Shown: positions 9,700 through 19,211 of the stretch, in pieces
Layout: every line of letters starts with the position of its first letter
How positions within the stretch are numbered: the first letter of the stretch is position 1
NCBI GenBank assembly: GCA_947038405.1
Contig: CAMQVY010000008.1
Coordinates: forward strand, 9,247-73,246
Direction of reading: 5' to 3'
Origin: an uncultured Rikenellaceae bacterium
GTDB taxonomy: Bacteria > Bacteroidota > Bacteroidia > Bacteroidales > Rikenellaceae
Length of the DNA: 64,000 bases
The notes under the pieces: model-generated
The model's input: the letters and a program-made list of their open reading frames with translations, nothing else
Told to the model about the DNA's origin: nothing
Databases searched by the model: none
Made by a program: the position numbers and the translations under genes

Positions 9700-9707
9700 C
9701 AAAGTTA
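9700..9707 (-). promoter_or_regulatory. candidate -7 box (TAACTTTG on - strand) for the sulfatase maturase gene
   Basis: CAAAGTTA on the + strand, about 98 nt upstream of the ATG at 9602. Confidence 0.4.
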
Positions 9708-9798
9708 TAAAAAAATACGTTATATTTACGGACGATTAAAAAATGTGGAATGACTTGTACGATTGCAACCACAATAAAAAAGTGCTAAACCGCTAGTA

Positions 9799-9850
9799 AT
9801 TATGGGCAAAGGTTTGGTATATATCAAACTTTTGCCCATAATTTATTTTA
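9799..9850 (+). terminator. terminator-like hairpin inside the metK upstream region (possible leader attenuator or sRNA end)
   Basis: 18-bp stem attatgggcaaaggtttg / caaacttttgcccataat with one G-U pair and loop gtatatat. It is followed by ttatttta. No + strand CDS ends upstream of it. Confidence 0.5.
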
Positions 9851-9945
9851 CTAACAAGAGTTCACTTAGACCATGTAACGCAATCCACATAGAGCAGTTA
9901 CATTGTACTCAGTGAAAAAAAGATAACATTTTAAAATTAAAAAGT

Positions 9946-11238
9946 ATGGGATTTTTATTTACATCAGAATCAGTATCTGAGGGACACCCAGATAAGATTT
10001 CAGACCAAATTTCGGACGCCATCTTAGATGAATTTTTGCGTCATGACGAGAACTCAAAAGTTGCTTGCGAAACTATGTGTACAACAGGACTTGTAGTAGT
10101 TGCAGGAGAGGTTCGTTCGGAAGCATACGTTGACATACAAAAGATCACAAGAGAGGTTATTAAGCGTATTGGTTACACAAAGAGTGATTACCAATTTGAC
10201 TACAACTCATGTGGTATTCTATCAGCTATACATGAGCAATCTGCGGATATCAACCAAGGTGTAGTAAGAGAGGTTGCAGAGGAGCAAGGAGCTGGAGATC
10301 AAGGAATCATGTTCGGTTACGCTTGTAACGAAACTAAGGAGTATATGCCAGCAACACTTATCCTTTCACATGTTATCCTTAAAGAGCTTGCAGTCATTCG
10401 TAGAGAAGAGAAAGTAATGACATACCTACGTCCAGACTCAAAAAGTCAAGTTACTATTGAGTATGATGACAATGGCACACCTCTAAAAGTACACACTATT
10501 GTTGTGTCAACCCAACATGACGACTTTATTGTTTCTGACGCATCAATGACAGACAAAGAGGCTGAGGTTGCGATGGGTGATAAAATAAAAGAGGATGTTA
10601 AGAATATTTTAATTCCACGAGTAAAAGCACGTTTAGAGAGAGCGCAAGATAAATTATCAAACCTAATTGGCGAAGAGTATATCCTTCACGTTAACCCAAC
10701 AGGTAAATTTGTTATCGGCGGACCTCATGGTGATACTGGACTTACTGGAAGAAAAATTATCGTAGATACTTATGGTGGACGTGGTGCACATGGTGGTGGA
10801 GCTTTTTCTGGAAAAGATTCATCTAAAGTTGACCGTTCAGCAGCTTACGCAGCAAGACACATTGCAAAAAATATGGTTGCAGCAGGTGTTGCAGATCAGA
10901 TTTTAGTACAACTTAGTTATGCTATTGGAATCGCACAGCCTCTAAGTGTATATGTAGAGACTTACGGTACATCTAAAATTACGGGGCTTACAGATGGTGA
11001 CATTGCTAGAAAAATTGAGAACCTATTTGATCTACGTCCTGCACATATTGTTAAGGATTTTGGATTGAAGAGCCCTATTTTCGAAGTAACAGCATCATAC
11101 GGACACTTCGGAAATAGACCATATAGTGACAAAGTCAAAGTTTGGGAGAACGGAGTAGAAGTATTACGCGAAATTGAATTCTTCGCATGGGAGAAACTTA
11201 ATGCCGTAGATAAAATAAAGGCTGCATTTAACTTTTAG
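9946..11238 (+). CDS. metK: S-adenosylmethionine synthetase
   Basis: 430-aa ORF with [36 protein letters not shown] and GGGAFSGKD motifs. Confidence 0.97.
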   Translation: MGFLFTSESVSEGHPDKISDQISDAILDEFLRHDENSKVACETMCTTGLVVVAGEVRSEAYVDIQKITREVIKRIGYTKSDYQFDYNSCGILSAIHEQSADINQGVVREVAEEQGAGDQGIMFGYACNETKEYMPATLILSHVILKELAVIRREEKVMTYLRPDSKSQVTIEYDDNGTPLKVHTIVVSTQHDDFIVSDASMTDKEAEVAMGDKIKEDVKNILIPRVKARLERAQDKLSNLIGEEYILHVNPTGKFVIGGPHGDTGLTGRKIIVDTYGGRGAHGGGAFSGKDSSKVDRSAAYAARHIAKNMVAAGVADQILVQLSYAIGIAQPLSVYVETYGTSKITGLTDGDIARKIENLFDLRPAHIVKDFGLKSPIFEVTASYGHFGNRPYSDKVKVWENGVEVLREIEFFAWEKLNAVDKIKAAFNF

Positions 11239-11258
11239 TAGTAGCTATTAAATATTAA

Positions 11259-11326
11259 TAAGACTACCCCTCTTGGATAGTACTGCAATCACACAGTACT
11301 ATCCAAGAGGGGTAGTCTTATTTTTT
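11259..11326 (+). terminator. metK intrinsic terminator with 27-bp perfect stem
   Basis: taagactacccctcttggatagtactg (11259-11285) pairs perfectly with cagtactatccaagaggggtagtctta (11294-11320). The loop is caatcaca, followed by TTTTTT. Confidence 0.9.
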
Positions 11327-11420
11327 ATCAATATAATAAATTATATATATCACTTTATTATTGTTTAAACACATATATAATCATATCTTTATAATCGATA
11401 AATTTCTAAAATTTAATACT

Positions 11421-13535
11421 GTGAAAATAAAATTATTATATATACTTGTAGCGTTAGTTCTATTTTCGTCATGCGATCTACTCGACAAAAAAGAATCCTA
11501 CATTGAAGGTATTAAACTTAAAGAGAACACTATCCCCAATATTTTACATAAAGGTGGTGATATTACTATTATATTTTCGGCTGGATGTGATTGGTATGCT
11601 GGACTTAAAGAGATTAATCTAAGTGGAGAGATAGTCTCTCCTCAATGGTGTCGCATCAAGAATAACCAATCTGGACGTTCTGGTGAAAACCTTAAAATAA
11701 CGATAGAAGTGGATGCCCAATATAGCAATAATTATGCGAGTCGTTATGCAGCAATAGTATTGAAGTCAAGTGACCACGATGAAGATGAGAAGAACTTAAA
11801 CATAACACAAGATGGAGTAGCAAGTATTTTAGTTAACCCAAAACAAGATAGCGACAAAAGTTTTAATCACAATGAAAACGGATTTAATGTTGATGTAACA
11901 AAGTCGATCGATGAAATAAGTATTATAATAAAAGATGGAGAAAACCCTAATCCTAATGATGATACAGAGGCAACATGGATAAAAGTAGGAGAGCCTAATC
12001 TACCACCAGATACATCAAAGAAACAAGCTGACCCAGAGGTAACAACTGACGATGTGCCCAACTATGAAACTCTAGGTTTTATTTTAGAGCCAAATAATAC
12101 TCCTTATGAACGCTATGCCACTATATTTATAACTTATAAAGATATAACCTCTAAAATAACGATTTTTCAACACTTCTCTGAAAATGAAATATCGATTCCA
12201 AAGGGGGAGTTTAAAAAGTTTCTTATCAGCTACTATGACCGTAATAATGATAGAAAACTATCTGATGTAGAGGCTGCAATTGTGTCATATATGGATTGTG
12301 CCAACATAGCGATAGGAAGCATGGAGGGCATAGAGTACTTCACAAATTTAACGAGTCTAATTTGTAGAAATAGTTCGGTAGGATATCTTGACCTCTCTAA
12401 AAATACAAAATTAACAAACCTAGATTGTAGCGAAAACAATCTAATGGAGCTTAATATAACAAACAATATCGAGTTGAAATCTCTAATATGTAATAGCAAC
12501 TCATTAAAGGATATTGACATTACAAATAACACCAAATTAGAAGAGTTTTTTTGTAATGATAATTTAATTACAAAATTTGACCTATCGAAAAATACAAACC
12601 TTAAATACTTTGACTGCTCCGCACAAAGAGACATCGAATCGGCTTTAACATCTTTAGATCTATCAAAAAACATAGAGTTAATAACCTTGAGTTGTAGCTC
12701 AACAGAACTCTTCACCCTAGACCTTAGTCAAAATGTCAATTTACAAACACTATATTGTAATCGTACCAATATGACAGAGATAGATTTAAGTAGTAACATT
12801 AATTTAATGAATTTATCAGTATCAAATATTAAATCTTTAGATTTGAGTCATAATACAAATTTAAGCTATTTTTCTGCATCAGATTTAAAAAGTTTAGACT
12901 TAAGCAACAACAAAGAGCTAAAAAATCTACATTTAAGTCTGTATGGAACTTTAAAACACCTAGATCTATCTAATAACAATAAACTCAAAAAAGTAGATTT
13001 AGATAATTACTACTTGAGAACTATTGATCTTACTGGAGCTAGCGAATTAGAAGTTTTAAAGATATGTTATACATCTTCAAATATGGTACGAGGTAAATTA
13101 TCAAAACTTGATATTCCCGACAGTCCTAAACTGGCTCAATTATGGTGTCAAAATCAATCTCTAAAGGAGCTAAATTTGTTTATTAATCCAGTATTAACCA
13201 ACTTACAGTGCCACTATAATTTGATAACTAAGCTTAATGTGTCAGAGTGTCCTCTACTAGAGGAGTTGTACTGTTGGGGTAATGTATTGTCATCACTTGA
13301 CTTATCAAACAACAGAGCATTAACGGATCTAAATTGTGCTAATAATAGGCTTAAAGAACTTAATGTATCTCGTACAAATTTATCAAATTCAAAATCGATT
13401 CAACCATTAGACTGCTCAAGGAACGACGACCTTGCGACCCTATACCTCAAAGAGGGTTGGAAGATTAACTCTATAAATATAGCACGAGATGATAGTTACA
13501 TTCCATCGCTCACTGAAATTAAGTATGAAAAATAG
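11421..13535 (+). CDS. surface lipoprotein with BACON-like N-terminal domains and a long leucine-rich-repeat region
   Basis: A GTG start at 11421 gives the lipoprotein signal VKIKLLYILVALVLFSSC; the ORF-track start 11361 is a TTG extension. The GCDWYA...WCRI... pattern is BACON-like. About 45% of the protein is 21-23-aa LDLSxNxxLxxLxCxxNxL repeats (roughly 12370-13400). Confidence 0.75.
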   Translation: MKIKLLYILVALVLFSSCDLLDKKESYIEGIKLKENTIPNILHKGGDITIIFSAGCDWYAGLKEINLSGEIVSPQWCRIKNNQSGRSGENLKITIEVDAQYSNNYASRYAAIVLKSSDHDEDEKNLNITQDGVASILVNPKQDSDKSFNHNENGFNVDVTKSIDEISIIIKDGENPNPNDDTEATWIKVGEPNLPPDTSKKQADPEVTTDDVPNYETLGFILEPNNTPYERYATIFITYKDITSKITIFQHFSENEISIPKGEFKKFLISYYDRNNDRKLSDVEAAIVSYMDCANIAIGSMEGIEYFTNLTSLICRNSSVGYLDLSKNTKLTNLDCSENNLMELNITNNIELKSLICNSNSLKDIDITNNTKLEEFFCNDNLITKFDLSKNTNLKYFDCSAQRDIESALTSLDLSKNIELITLSCSSTELFTLDLSQNVNLQTLYCNRTNMTEIDLSSNINLMNLSVSNIKSLDLSHNTNLSYFSASDLKSLDLSNNKELKNLHLSLYGTLKHLDLSNNNKLKKVDLDNYYLRTIDLTGASELEVLKICYTSSNMVRGKLSKLDIPDSPKLAQLWCQNQSLKELNLFINPVLTNLQCHYNLITKLNVSECPLLEELYCWGNVLSSLDLSNNRALTDLNCANNRLKELNVSRTNLSNSKSIQPLDCSRNDDLATLYLKEGWKINSINIARDDSYIPSLTEIKYEK

Positions 13536-13575
13536 ATCATTTTACATTACAACATATTAAAATAAAAAAGACATT

Positions 13576-14370
13576 ATGAAAATAACAGTTATAGGTGGAG
13601 GTAATATGGGTGGTGCAATTGCACAAGGCTCGGTAAGGGAGTCAATTGTCGCACCACACAATGTTACAATAGCTGATCCATCTCCAGCAGTCAATAAATT
13701 TTTCTCAGAATTTAACCCATCAATTAATCTATGTCAAGATAATGCAAAGGCAATTATTGGTGCAGATATTATTATCATTGCCGTGAAACCATGGTTAGTT
13801 GAGAGTATTTTAGAAGAAATTTGTGATGTAGTTGACAGAGAGAAGCAGATGATTGTATCGATTGCAGCTCTAGTTAGTTTTGAAAACTTAAACGAATATC
13901 TTCAATCTACACAGAAAGGGTGCTTAGCTCTATACAGAGTTATACCAAATACAGCTATATCTTTGGGTCATAGTGCCACATTTATATGCAAACACAACTC
14001 TTCGACAGAGCAAGATGATATGATTATATCACTACTAAATGGGTTGGGTAAAACGTTTGTTGTAGAAGAGTCTCAAATGTCATCGCTAACAGCTCTATCC
14101 TCATGTGGGATAGCCTATATCTATAAATATATTGATGCTTCAATCAAAGGTGGTATCGAGATGGGAATAGATTGTAACCTAGCAAGAGAGGTTGTTTTAC
14201 AAACAATAGAGGGTGCATTAAAGATGTTGAACACGAACAATACAATGCCACAAATAGAGATCGACAAGGTAACTACTCCAGGAGGTATTACGCTAAAAGG
14301 TTTAGAAGAGATGGAGCGAAATGGCTTTACATCCGCAGTAATAAAAGGTCTATCTGCAAGTAATTTATAG
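13576..14370 (+). CDS. proC: pyrroline-5-carboxylate reductase
   Basis: 264-aa ORF with MKITVIGGGNMGGAIA Rossmann N-terminus and C-terminal TTPGGITLKGLEEME motif. Confidence 0.9.
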   Translation: MKITVIGGGNMGGAIAQGSVRESIVAPHNVTIADPSPAVNKFFSEFNPSINLCQDNAKAIIGADIIIIAVKPWLVESILEEICDVVDREKQMIVSIAALVSFENLNEYLQSTQKGCLALYRVIPNTAISLGHSATFICKHNSSTEQDDMIISLLNGLGKTFVVEESQMSSLTALSSCGIAYIYKYIDASIKGGIEMGIDCNLAREVVLQTIEGALKMLNTNNTMPQIEIDKVTTPGGITLKGLEEMERNGFTSAVIKGLSASNL

Positions 14371-14373
14371 TAT

Positions 14374-14419
14374 AATACAATCACTCTACTCGTGAGTAGA
14401 GTGATTGTATTATTTTTTT
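14374..14419. terminator. bidirectional terminator between proC and the B12-uptake operon
   Basis: Hairpin aatacaatcactctac / gtagagtgattgtatt followed by a T-run. The T-run overlaps the stop codon of the convergent receptor gene. Confidence 0.8.
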
Positions 14420-16340
14420 AGAATTTAAATGTTGCTCTTATTCGATACATTCTCAAAGGCATAGGAAAGTACTGAGTACTTTCATAATATGCATCAAATA
14501 TATTATCTAACTTCAGTGACAAACTTAATAGGTTCTTGTTCCTAATTCTAATCTGCCCACCAATTTCAGCATTATGCTGTAAATAAGCATCTGTGTAATA
14601 CTCCTCATCGGCACTAGTAAACCTAATATCTGTAAAAGATAGATTATAATTAAACCATATCAAATCCTTAAACCAAACCTCATAATTTCCATTCCATTTA
14701 TTTCTTGGAATATAAGGTAATTGCTTTCCCTGCGCATCATCTCCACGATTTGAGTTATCAACAGAGTGAGCATAACAATAGTTTCCCGATAGCGTATGTT
14801 TAGTGGTTCTAGCATCATATTTAAAACTCCAATCTAACTCTATACCTTGAGACACAACCGTACTAAAATTCGCTGGTGACCATATATAACCATTCCCCTT
14901 CGGTATCCACATTATCCAATTGTCTATGTCCATATGATAATATGTAGCCTCAAACTTCATCTTCAGACCACCTATTGATGGCTCTGAGATTATCGAAGCA
15001 TCCCACGAGAAACCTGTCTCAGGTTTAAGATCAGGGTTTCCTCCAGGATTCCAATATAGATCATTTAACGTCGGAACTTTATGGTTATAGGCATTTGAAG
15101 CCTTTAAAGAGAGAAATCTATCAATCACTCTATAACTTGCAGATACTCCATAAATAGCATATTGATCTTTATCTACACTCTCTACCGTTATATCGGCATC
15201 AATATGAAGACGCTTCGTAGCTCTGAACTTCGTATACACTCTCGCTGATACAGAATTTCTCGTCTCTTTTTCAGCTTCATATGTAGATGAAGTAACCACA
15301 TCATATCTATAATTAAGCGTAGCACCCAAATCGAAGCGTTTAAGATATAATAACTCATAATCAACTCTCGAAATTATACTATTATTAACATTTTCTGATT
15401 GGTCAGAAAATGAACCGAACTCTCTAGCATAATCAAAAGAACCATTTAGATGAGCAAATGTTATTTTATATTTATGTCTCGCCTTATTAGCACTATAACT
15501 TGCAATTGTACGTATATTTTGAGACTCCATCTGCTCTTTTGCCGTTTTTACAGATAGAGTAGATTGTGGCAATGAGCGATCGTCAAATTGCCACCAGCTA
15601 ATCAAACTAAACTTACCATCTTTTAATGTGTTATAATAAAACTCCTGCATCACCCCAGCCTGCTTATAGTCTGCCTCTTTACGCCTTTCAAAGTACGAAT
15701 CCATACTATACACCTTGTTAAGATACCTATAATCATTATCTGATTGTTGATAATATAACCTAGTTGACGAGGTAAATCTATTTTTAGATACTCTAAATGT
15801 CACACCCTCTGTAATTGTATTATTAGATCCATATTCACTTAGCAAAGAGATAGATGGCTTTTTTGAAGGAGTATCGTTATTTGTAAAATTAACACTTCCA
15901 CCTAATGCTCCACTACCCGATTGCTGGTCACTTCCACCGTGATAAAGAGATACATTATCAGTAAAATATATAGGAACTTGAGAAAAATCAAAACTACCAA
16001 TTGATGCAGAATTAATAGAGATTCCGTTCCAAAGCACTTGAGTATGGCTTGAAGATGTCCCTCGAAATGATGCCGTAGACAGAGCGCCTTGCCCCATACT
16101 TTTAATATTAATTGTACTATTATTATTTAGTAATTCAGCTAAACTTTTAGTTCTATTCTGCTCTAGTATAGCACCATCAATCCTAGTAACTTTACTTCCG
16201 ACTCTACTGTTTTTCTTCACATCAACAACAGATACATCGTCAATAAGAAATAGAGAATCTTCGATTCCTTTTTGACTAAATGCACTTTTGCCAAAGGCAA
16301 AAACTAAAACAATAACTAAAATAATGACTCTACACATCAT
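14418..16340 (-). CDS. btuB: TonB-dependent receptor, BtuB-like (predicted corrinoid transporter)
   Basis: 640-aa ORF with a signal peptide, a plug region (IDDVSVV TonB-box-like, SLAELLNN, FRGTSSSHTQVLWNGISIN) and a C-terminal beta-barrel ending in an aromatic F. It is the last gene of an operon headed by a cobalamin riboswitch. Confidence 0.8.
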   Translation of the reverse strand: MMCRVIILVIVLVFAFGKSAFSQKGIEDSLFLIDDVSVVDVKKNSRVGSKVTRIDGAILEQNRTKSLAELLNNNSTINIKSMGQGALSTASFRGTSSSHTQVLWNGISINSASIGSFDFSQVPIYFTDNVSLYHGGSDQQSGSGALGGSVNFTNNDTPSKKPSISLLSEYGSNNTITEGVTFRVSKNRFTSSTRLYYQQSDNDYRYLNKVYSMDSYFERRKEADYKQAGVMQEFYYNTLKDGKFSLISWWQFDDRSLPQSTLSVKTAKEQMESQNIRTIASYSANKARHKYKITFAHLNGSFDYAREFGSFSDQSENVNNSIISRVDYELLYLKRFDLGATLNYRYDVVTSSTYEAEKETRNSVSARVYTKFRATKRLHIDADITVESVDKDQYAIYGVSASYRVIDRFLSLKASNAYNHKVPTLNDLYWNPGGNPDLKPETGFSWDASIISEPSIGGLKMKFEATYYHMDIDNWIMWIPKGNGYIWSPANFSTVVSQGIELDWSFKYDARTTKHTLSGNYCYAHSVDNSNRGDDAQGKQLPYIPRNKWNGNYEVWFKDLIWFNYNLSFTDIRFTSADEEYYTDAYLQHNAEIGGQIRIRNKNLLSLSLKLDNIFDAYYESTQYFPMPLRMYRIRATFKF

Positions 16341-16342
16341 CT

Positions 16343-17551
16343 CTACTTAGTATAATGAATAAAATGAGGGAAAATACCACCTTTAAAATATGGCTGCTCT
16401 CGACCATCACTATCTATATAATAGTTTGCAATTGATCCTTCAGTATTATATTCAAATACCCGACCCCTCGTAAGCGATCCATATAATACGCGAATTAAGA
16501 ATATTGTATTCTCATTAGATACAGACATATGATACGAAGTCCAACGATCATCATTATTACCATGGATAATAATAGGCTCTTGTGGAGCTATCGGGTTATC
16601 AATATTTACAGCATAAATTTTTGTTCCAGAATTTACATATACTGTCTCCCCTTTAGGGCAAATATCAATCGATGATGTCCAACTATTAATTCCAGGTATG
16701 TATACCTCTTTTATGGTTTTTTCAGTAATGACATCAATACAAGATGCATTATTTGGTGTCACAACCCATAAATTACCATTTTTATCTATAGTAACTTTAG
16801 AGAAACTACACGTTGAGAAAGATTTATTGTTTCTATTAAGCACATCTCGTCTTCCTTCTGCGGTAAGATTGTCTAGATCGAAAACAGAGAATTTTGACCC
16901 TCCAACAAATAATTTATTCCCGACCAATATCATCTGAAAAGATTGGATACCAATATCTATATATCTTCTTACTTGTTTTCGACTTTTTCCATGATTAATG
17001 TCAATAATCATCAATGAATTTTGCACAGATTGGTCAGAAACAGCAATAGAGTCTCCCCCCAAATGAACCGCATACATTGGTATTACATCCCCCTCTAATC
17101 TTATAGTCTCAATAGATTTAAAAGTCTTAGAGTCGATGACTTCTACTTTTTGGGAATTATTGACAGGTATGTAGTAATAATTACCAATCTCAGCTATAGA
17201 TTGAGGAACATCACCTAATGGTCTACCGTTAATGCGTCTAAAAATATCTTGAGTCACACTACTTTTAGTAGACAACGATGTTAAAGAGCCAGTTCCATAT
17301 CCAAACTGCCCCTCTCCAACAACAATCGCCCTCACTCTCTCTGGAGAAGGTGGCGGTGGCGTTACATCTGGATCTGGATCTGGATTTGGATCTGGGTCAG
17401 GGATAGTATCAATACATGTACCATCATCTGTATCAGGAATAGTATCAGTAATAAAAGGGGGTAGATCATCTTTACTTGGCTCAATCTTAGTACAAGAGAA
17501 CACATTGACTATACATATAGTCAACAACAATAATTTTATTCTATTTTTCAT
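16343..17551 (-). CDS. surface lipoprotein, beta-propeller-like (BtuG-like candidate), paralog B
   Basis: An ATG at 17551 gives the lipoprotein signal MKNRIKLLLLTICIVNVFSC. A PDPDPNPDPDPD linker is followed by a roughly 300-aa repeat-like beta-rich region. The gene lies immediately upstream of btuB and overlaps the upstream gene by 11 nt. Confidence 0.6.
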   Translation of the reverse strand: MKNRIKLLLLTICIVNVFSCTKIEPSKDDLPPFITDTIPDTDDGTCIDTIPDPDPNPDPDPDVTPPPPSPERVRAIVVGEGQFGYGTGSLTSLSTKSSVTQDIFRRINGRPLGDVPQSIAEIGNYYYIPVNNSQKVEVIDSKTFKSIETIRLEGDVIPMYAVHLGGDSIAVSDQSVQNSLMIIDINHGKSRKQVRRYIDIGIQSFQMILVGNKLFVGGSKFSVFDLDNLTAEGRRDVLNRNNKSFSTCSFSKVTIDKNGNLWVVTPNNASCIDVITEKTIKEVYIPGINSWTSSIDICPKGETVYVNSGTKIYAVNIDNPIAPQEPIIIHGNNDDRWTSYHMSVSNENTIFLIRVLYGSLTRGRVFEYNTEGSIANYYIDSDGREQPYFKGGIFPHFIHYTK

Positions 17552-18779
17552 ATTTTCCAACATATATTACAGTAGCCTTCTCTCCGATTAACACTCCATT
17601 TTCAACTAGTTTAGACCAGCTGCCATCCTCATTATTCTCTTTATATTCAAAAATTTGTCCTGGCTTACCAAGCGTTATATTTTCAGATATGAATATAAGA
17701 TTCCCATTTTTTATGACCTTTAGGTCATTAATATTCCCTCCACGCTGATAGTGGTTAAACATAGGATCAAAAAATACCTCTTCATTTGGACTATCAACAT
17801 TGATCCTATAAAAGGCTTTATATGCCCTAATATATACATACTTCCCATCTGGACAAATTGCAGCTCCAACTGAACTAGAACCATAAATTGATGTATTAGG
17901 AATATCCAAACTTAAATCTACAGTCTCTGTATTAGGATTAATACGACATAACATTGCTCCTCCATCTGAATTCTGTAGAGTAACCCATAACATACCATTT
18001 TTATCAAGTAAGAAATCAGATAATAAACTAAATAAAGCGCTACTATTTTCTATAACTCTTAGTCCAGCAAGTGTAATATTATCTATATCTAATACCCCTA
18101 TTTTAGAAGATGTCATCTCTCCCCCCACAAATATCTTATCTCCGACTTTAGTTGCTTGAGCTGGTGAAAAGCCAATATTAAATTTTGTTTTCACAAATTG
18201 CTCTGCTCCAATATCACCAATTATAACGTTAAAAGGATTCTCAATATTTTGATTCTCTATACCAACTACGAGGACAGAGTTACCATTTAGTTGCTCTGTA
18301 TCTAGAGCCAAAATACTATCTTTAAAATCAATAGTACGCACTACTTTAAAGGTATTAGGTTCAACAACCTCTATTTTACTTTGGCTACGAGACCCCATAG
18401 TAATAAGTAATTTATCAGCCACTTGAACTGCTGAACGAGGTTCTAACCCCAAGGTTCTATTATTTACATCACTAAAATAAGTTGGAATTACCGTACCACC
18501 TTTTTTTATGTAAGACACATCTGAGAAATCAACACCTTGCGAATACCCAGAATGATTTAGCGTAATATAATCAAAATCAATAGGGTAAAAACTAGGAATT
18601 TCAGGCTCTGGCTCTGGATCAGGAGTTGGTTCTGGATCAGGAATTGGTTCAGGCTCCGGTTCTGGATCAGGAATTGGATCAGGAGTTTCAATTTCAGGCT
18701 TATCCACTAGCTCTTTTTCAGAACAGGAACTTGTGACAGTCACCACGAATAATAATAAAAATAGGAATCTTTTCAACAT
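17541..18779 (-). CDS. surface lipoprotein, beta-propeller-like, paralog A
   Basis: An ATG at 18779 gives MLKRFLFLLLFVVTVTSSC. It has a PDPEPEPEPIPDPEPTPDPEPEPE linker. Motifs are collinear with paralog B: K[IL]FVGG, DKNG.LWV, VY[IV]..., [IV]FEY. Confidence 0.6.
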   Translation of the reverse strand: MLKRFLFLLLFVVTVTSSCSEKELVDKPEIETPDPIPDPEPEPEPIPDPEPTPDPEPEPEIPSFYPIDFDYITLNHSGYSQGVDFSDVSYIKKGGTVIPTYFSDVNNRTLGLEPRSAVQVADKLLITMGSRSQSKIEVVEPNTFKVVRTIDFKDSILALDTEQLNGNSVLVVGIENQNIENPFNVIIGDIGAEQFVKTKFNIGFSPAQATKVGDKIFVGGEMTSSKIGVLDIDNITLAGLRVIENSSALFSLLSDFLLDKNGMLWVTLQNSDGGAMLCRINPNTETVDLSLDIPNTSIYGSSSVGAAICPDGKYVYIRAYKAFYRINVDSPNEEVFFDPMFNHYQRGGNINDLKVIKNGNLIFISENITLGKPGQIFEYKENNEDGSWSKLVENGVLIGEKATVIYVGKYEK

Positions 18780-18924
18780 AATAGTTGGTGTTAATAAATT
18801 AATAACATAATTAATAAATAACACTTACAAAGTAAAACTAAGGAGAAATAGCGATATGCCGGGCCCAACATACATACTACTTACCATGCTTTTTTACCCG
18901 AAGCATTTTAATAAGTATAAAAGT

Positions 18925-19065
18925 ATTTTGGCAGGTCTTCTGGCTACCTCAATTTACATGCCTTCCCATTACTATTAATAACAGTGGCGATGAATATGTA
19001 AATTTTCACGAGGATTACAGCTGCGGGTACAGCTCCGAAATCAAATCGGATTCCCTATTAGTATG
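18925..19065 (-). promoter_or_regulatory. cobalamin (B12) riboswitch
   Basis: The reverse complement reads AATAGGGAATCCGATTTGATTTCGGAGCTGTACCCGCAGCTGTAATCC...CATCGCCACTG...AATGGGAAGGC...GGTAGCCAGAAGACCTGCC. This includes a B12 box (AGCCAGAAGACCTGCC, 18930-18945) and the GCCACTG and GGGAAGGC elements. Confidence 0.88.
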
Positions 19066-19099
19066 ATATGTTTTATAACATATCTACACCAAAACGTCA

Positions 19100-19107
19100 C
19101 AAAGGTA
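19100..19107 (-). promoter_or_regulatory. candidate -7 box (TACCTTTG on - strand) driving the riboswitch-led operon
   Basis: CAAAGGTA on the + strand, about 35 nt upstream of the riboswitch 5' conserved region. Confidence 0.5.
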
Positions 19108-19211
19108 GATATAAATTTTATATCTACCATACATATATACTAAAAATATTACATGCTAATATGCTACTGTTACATAAGCTACCAACCCACACTAGTATCT
19201 ATATATCAAAC

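Noticed and set aside
9780-9945. SAM-I (S-box) or SAM-II riboswitch upstream of metK.
   Set aside because: I looked for the S-box core (AUCAAGAG..GGC..GAGGGA..GCAACC..AGAUAAG with a pairing P1) and for the SAM-II AAAGCU pseudoknot elements. Only fragments (aacaagag, agataac) are present, they cannot pair, and GAGGGA is absent. The region is kept as an unexplained leader and is not called a riboswitch.
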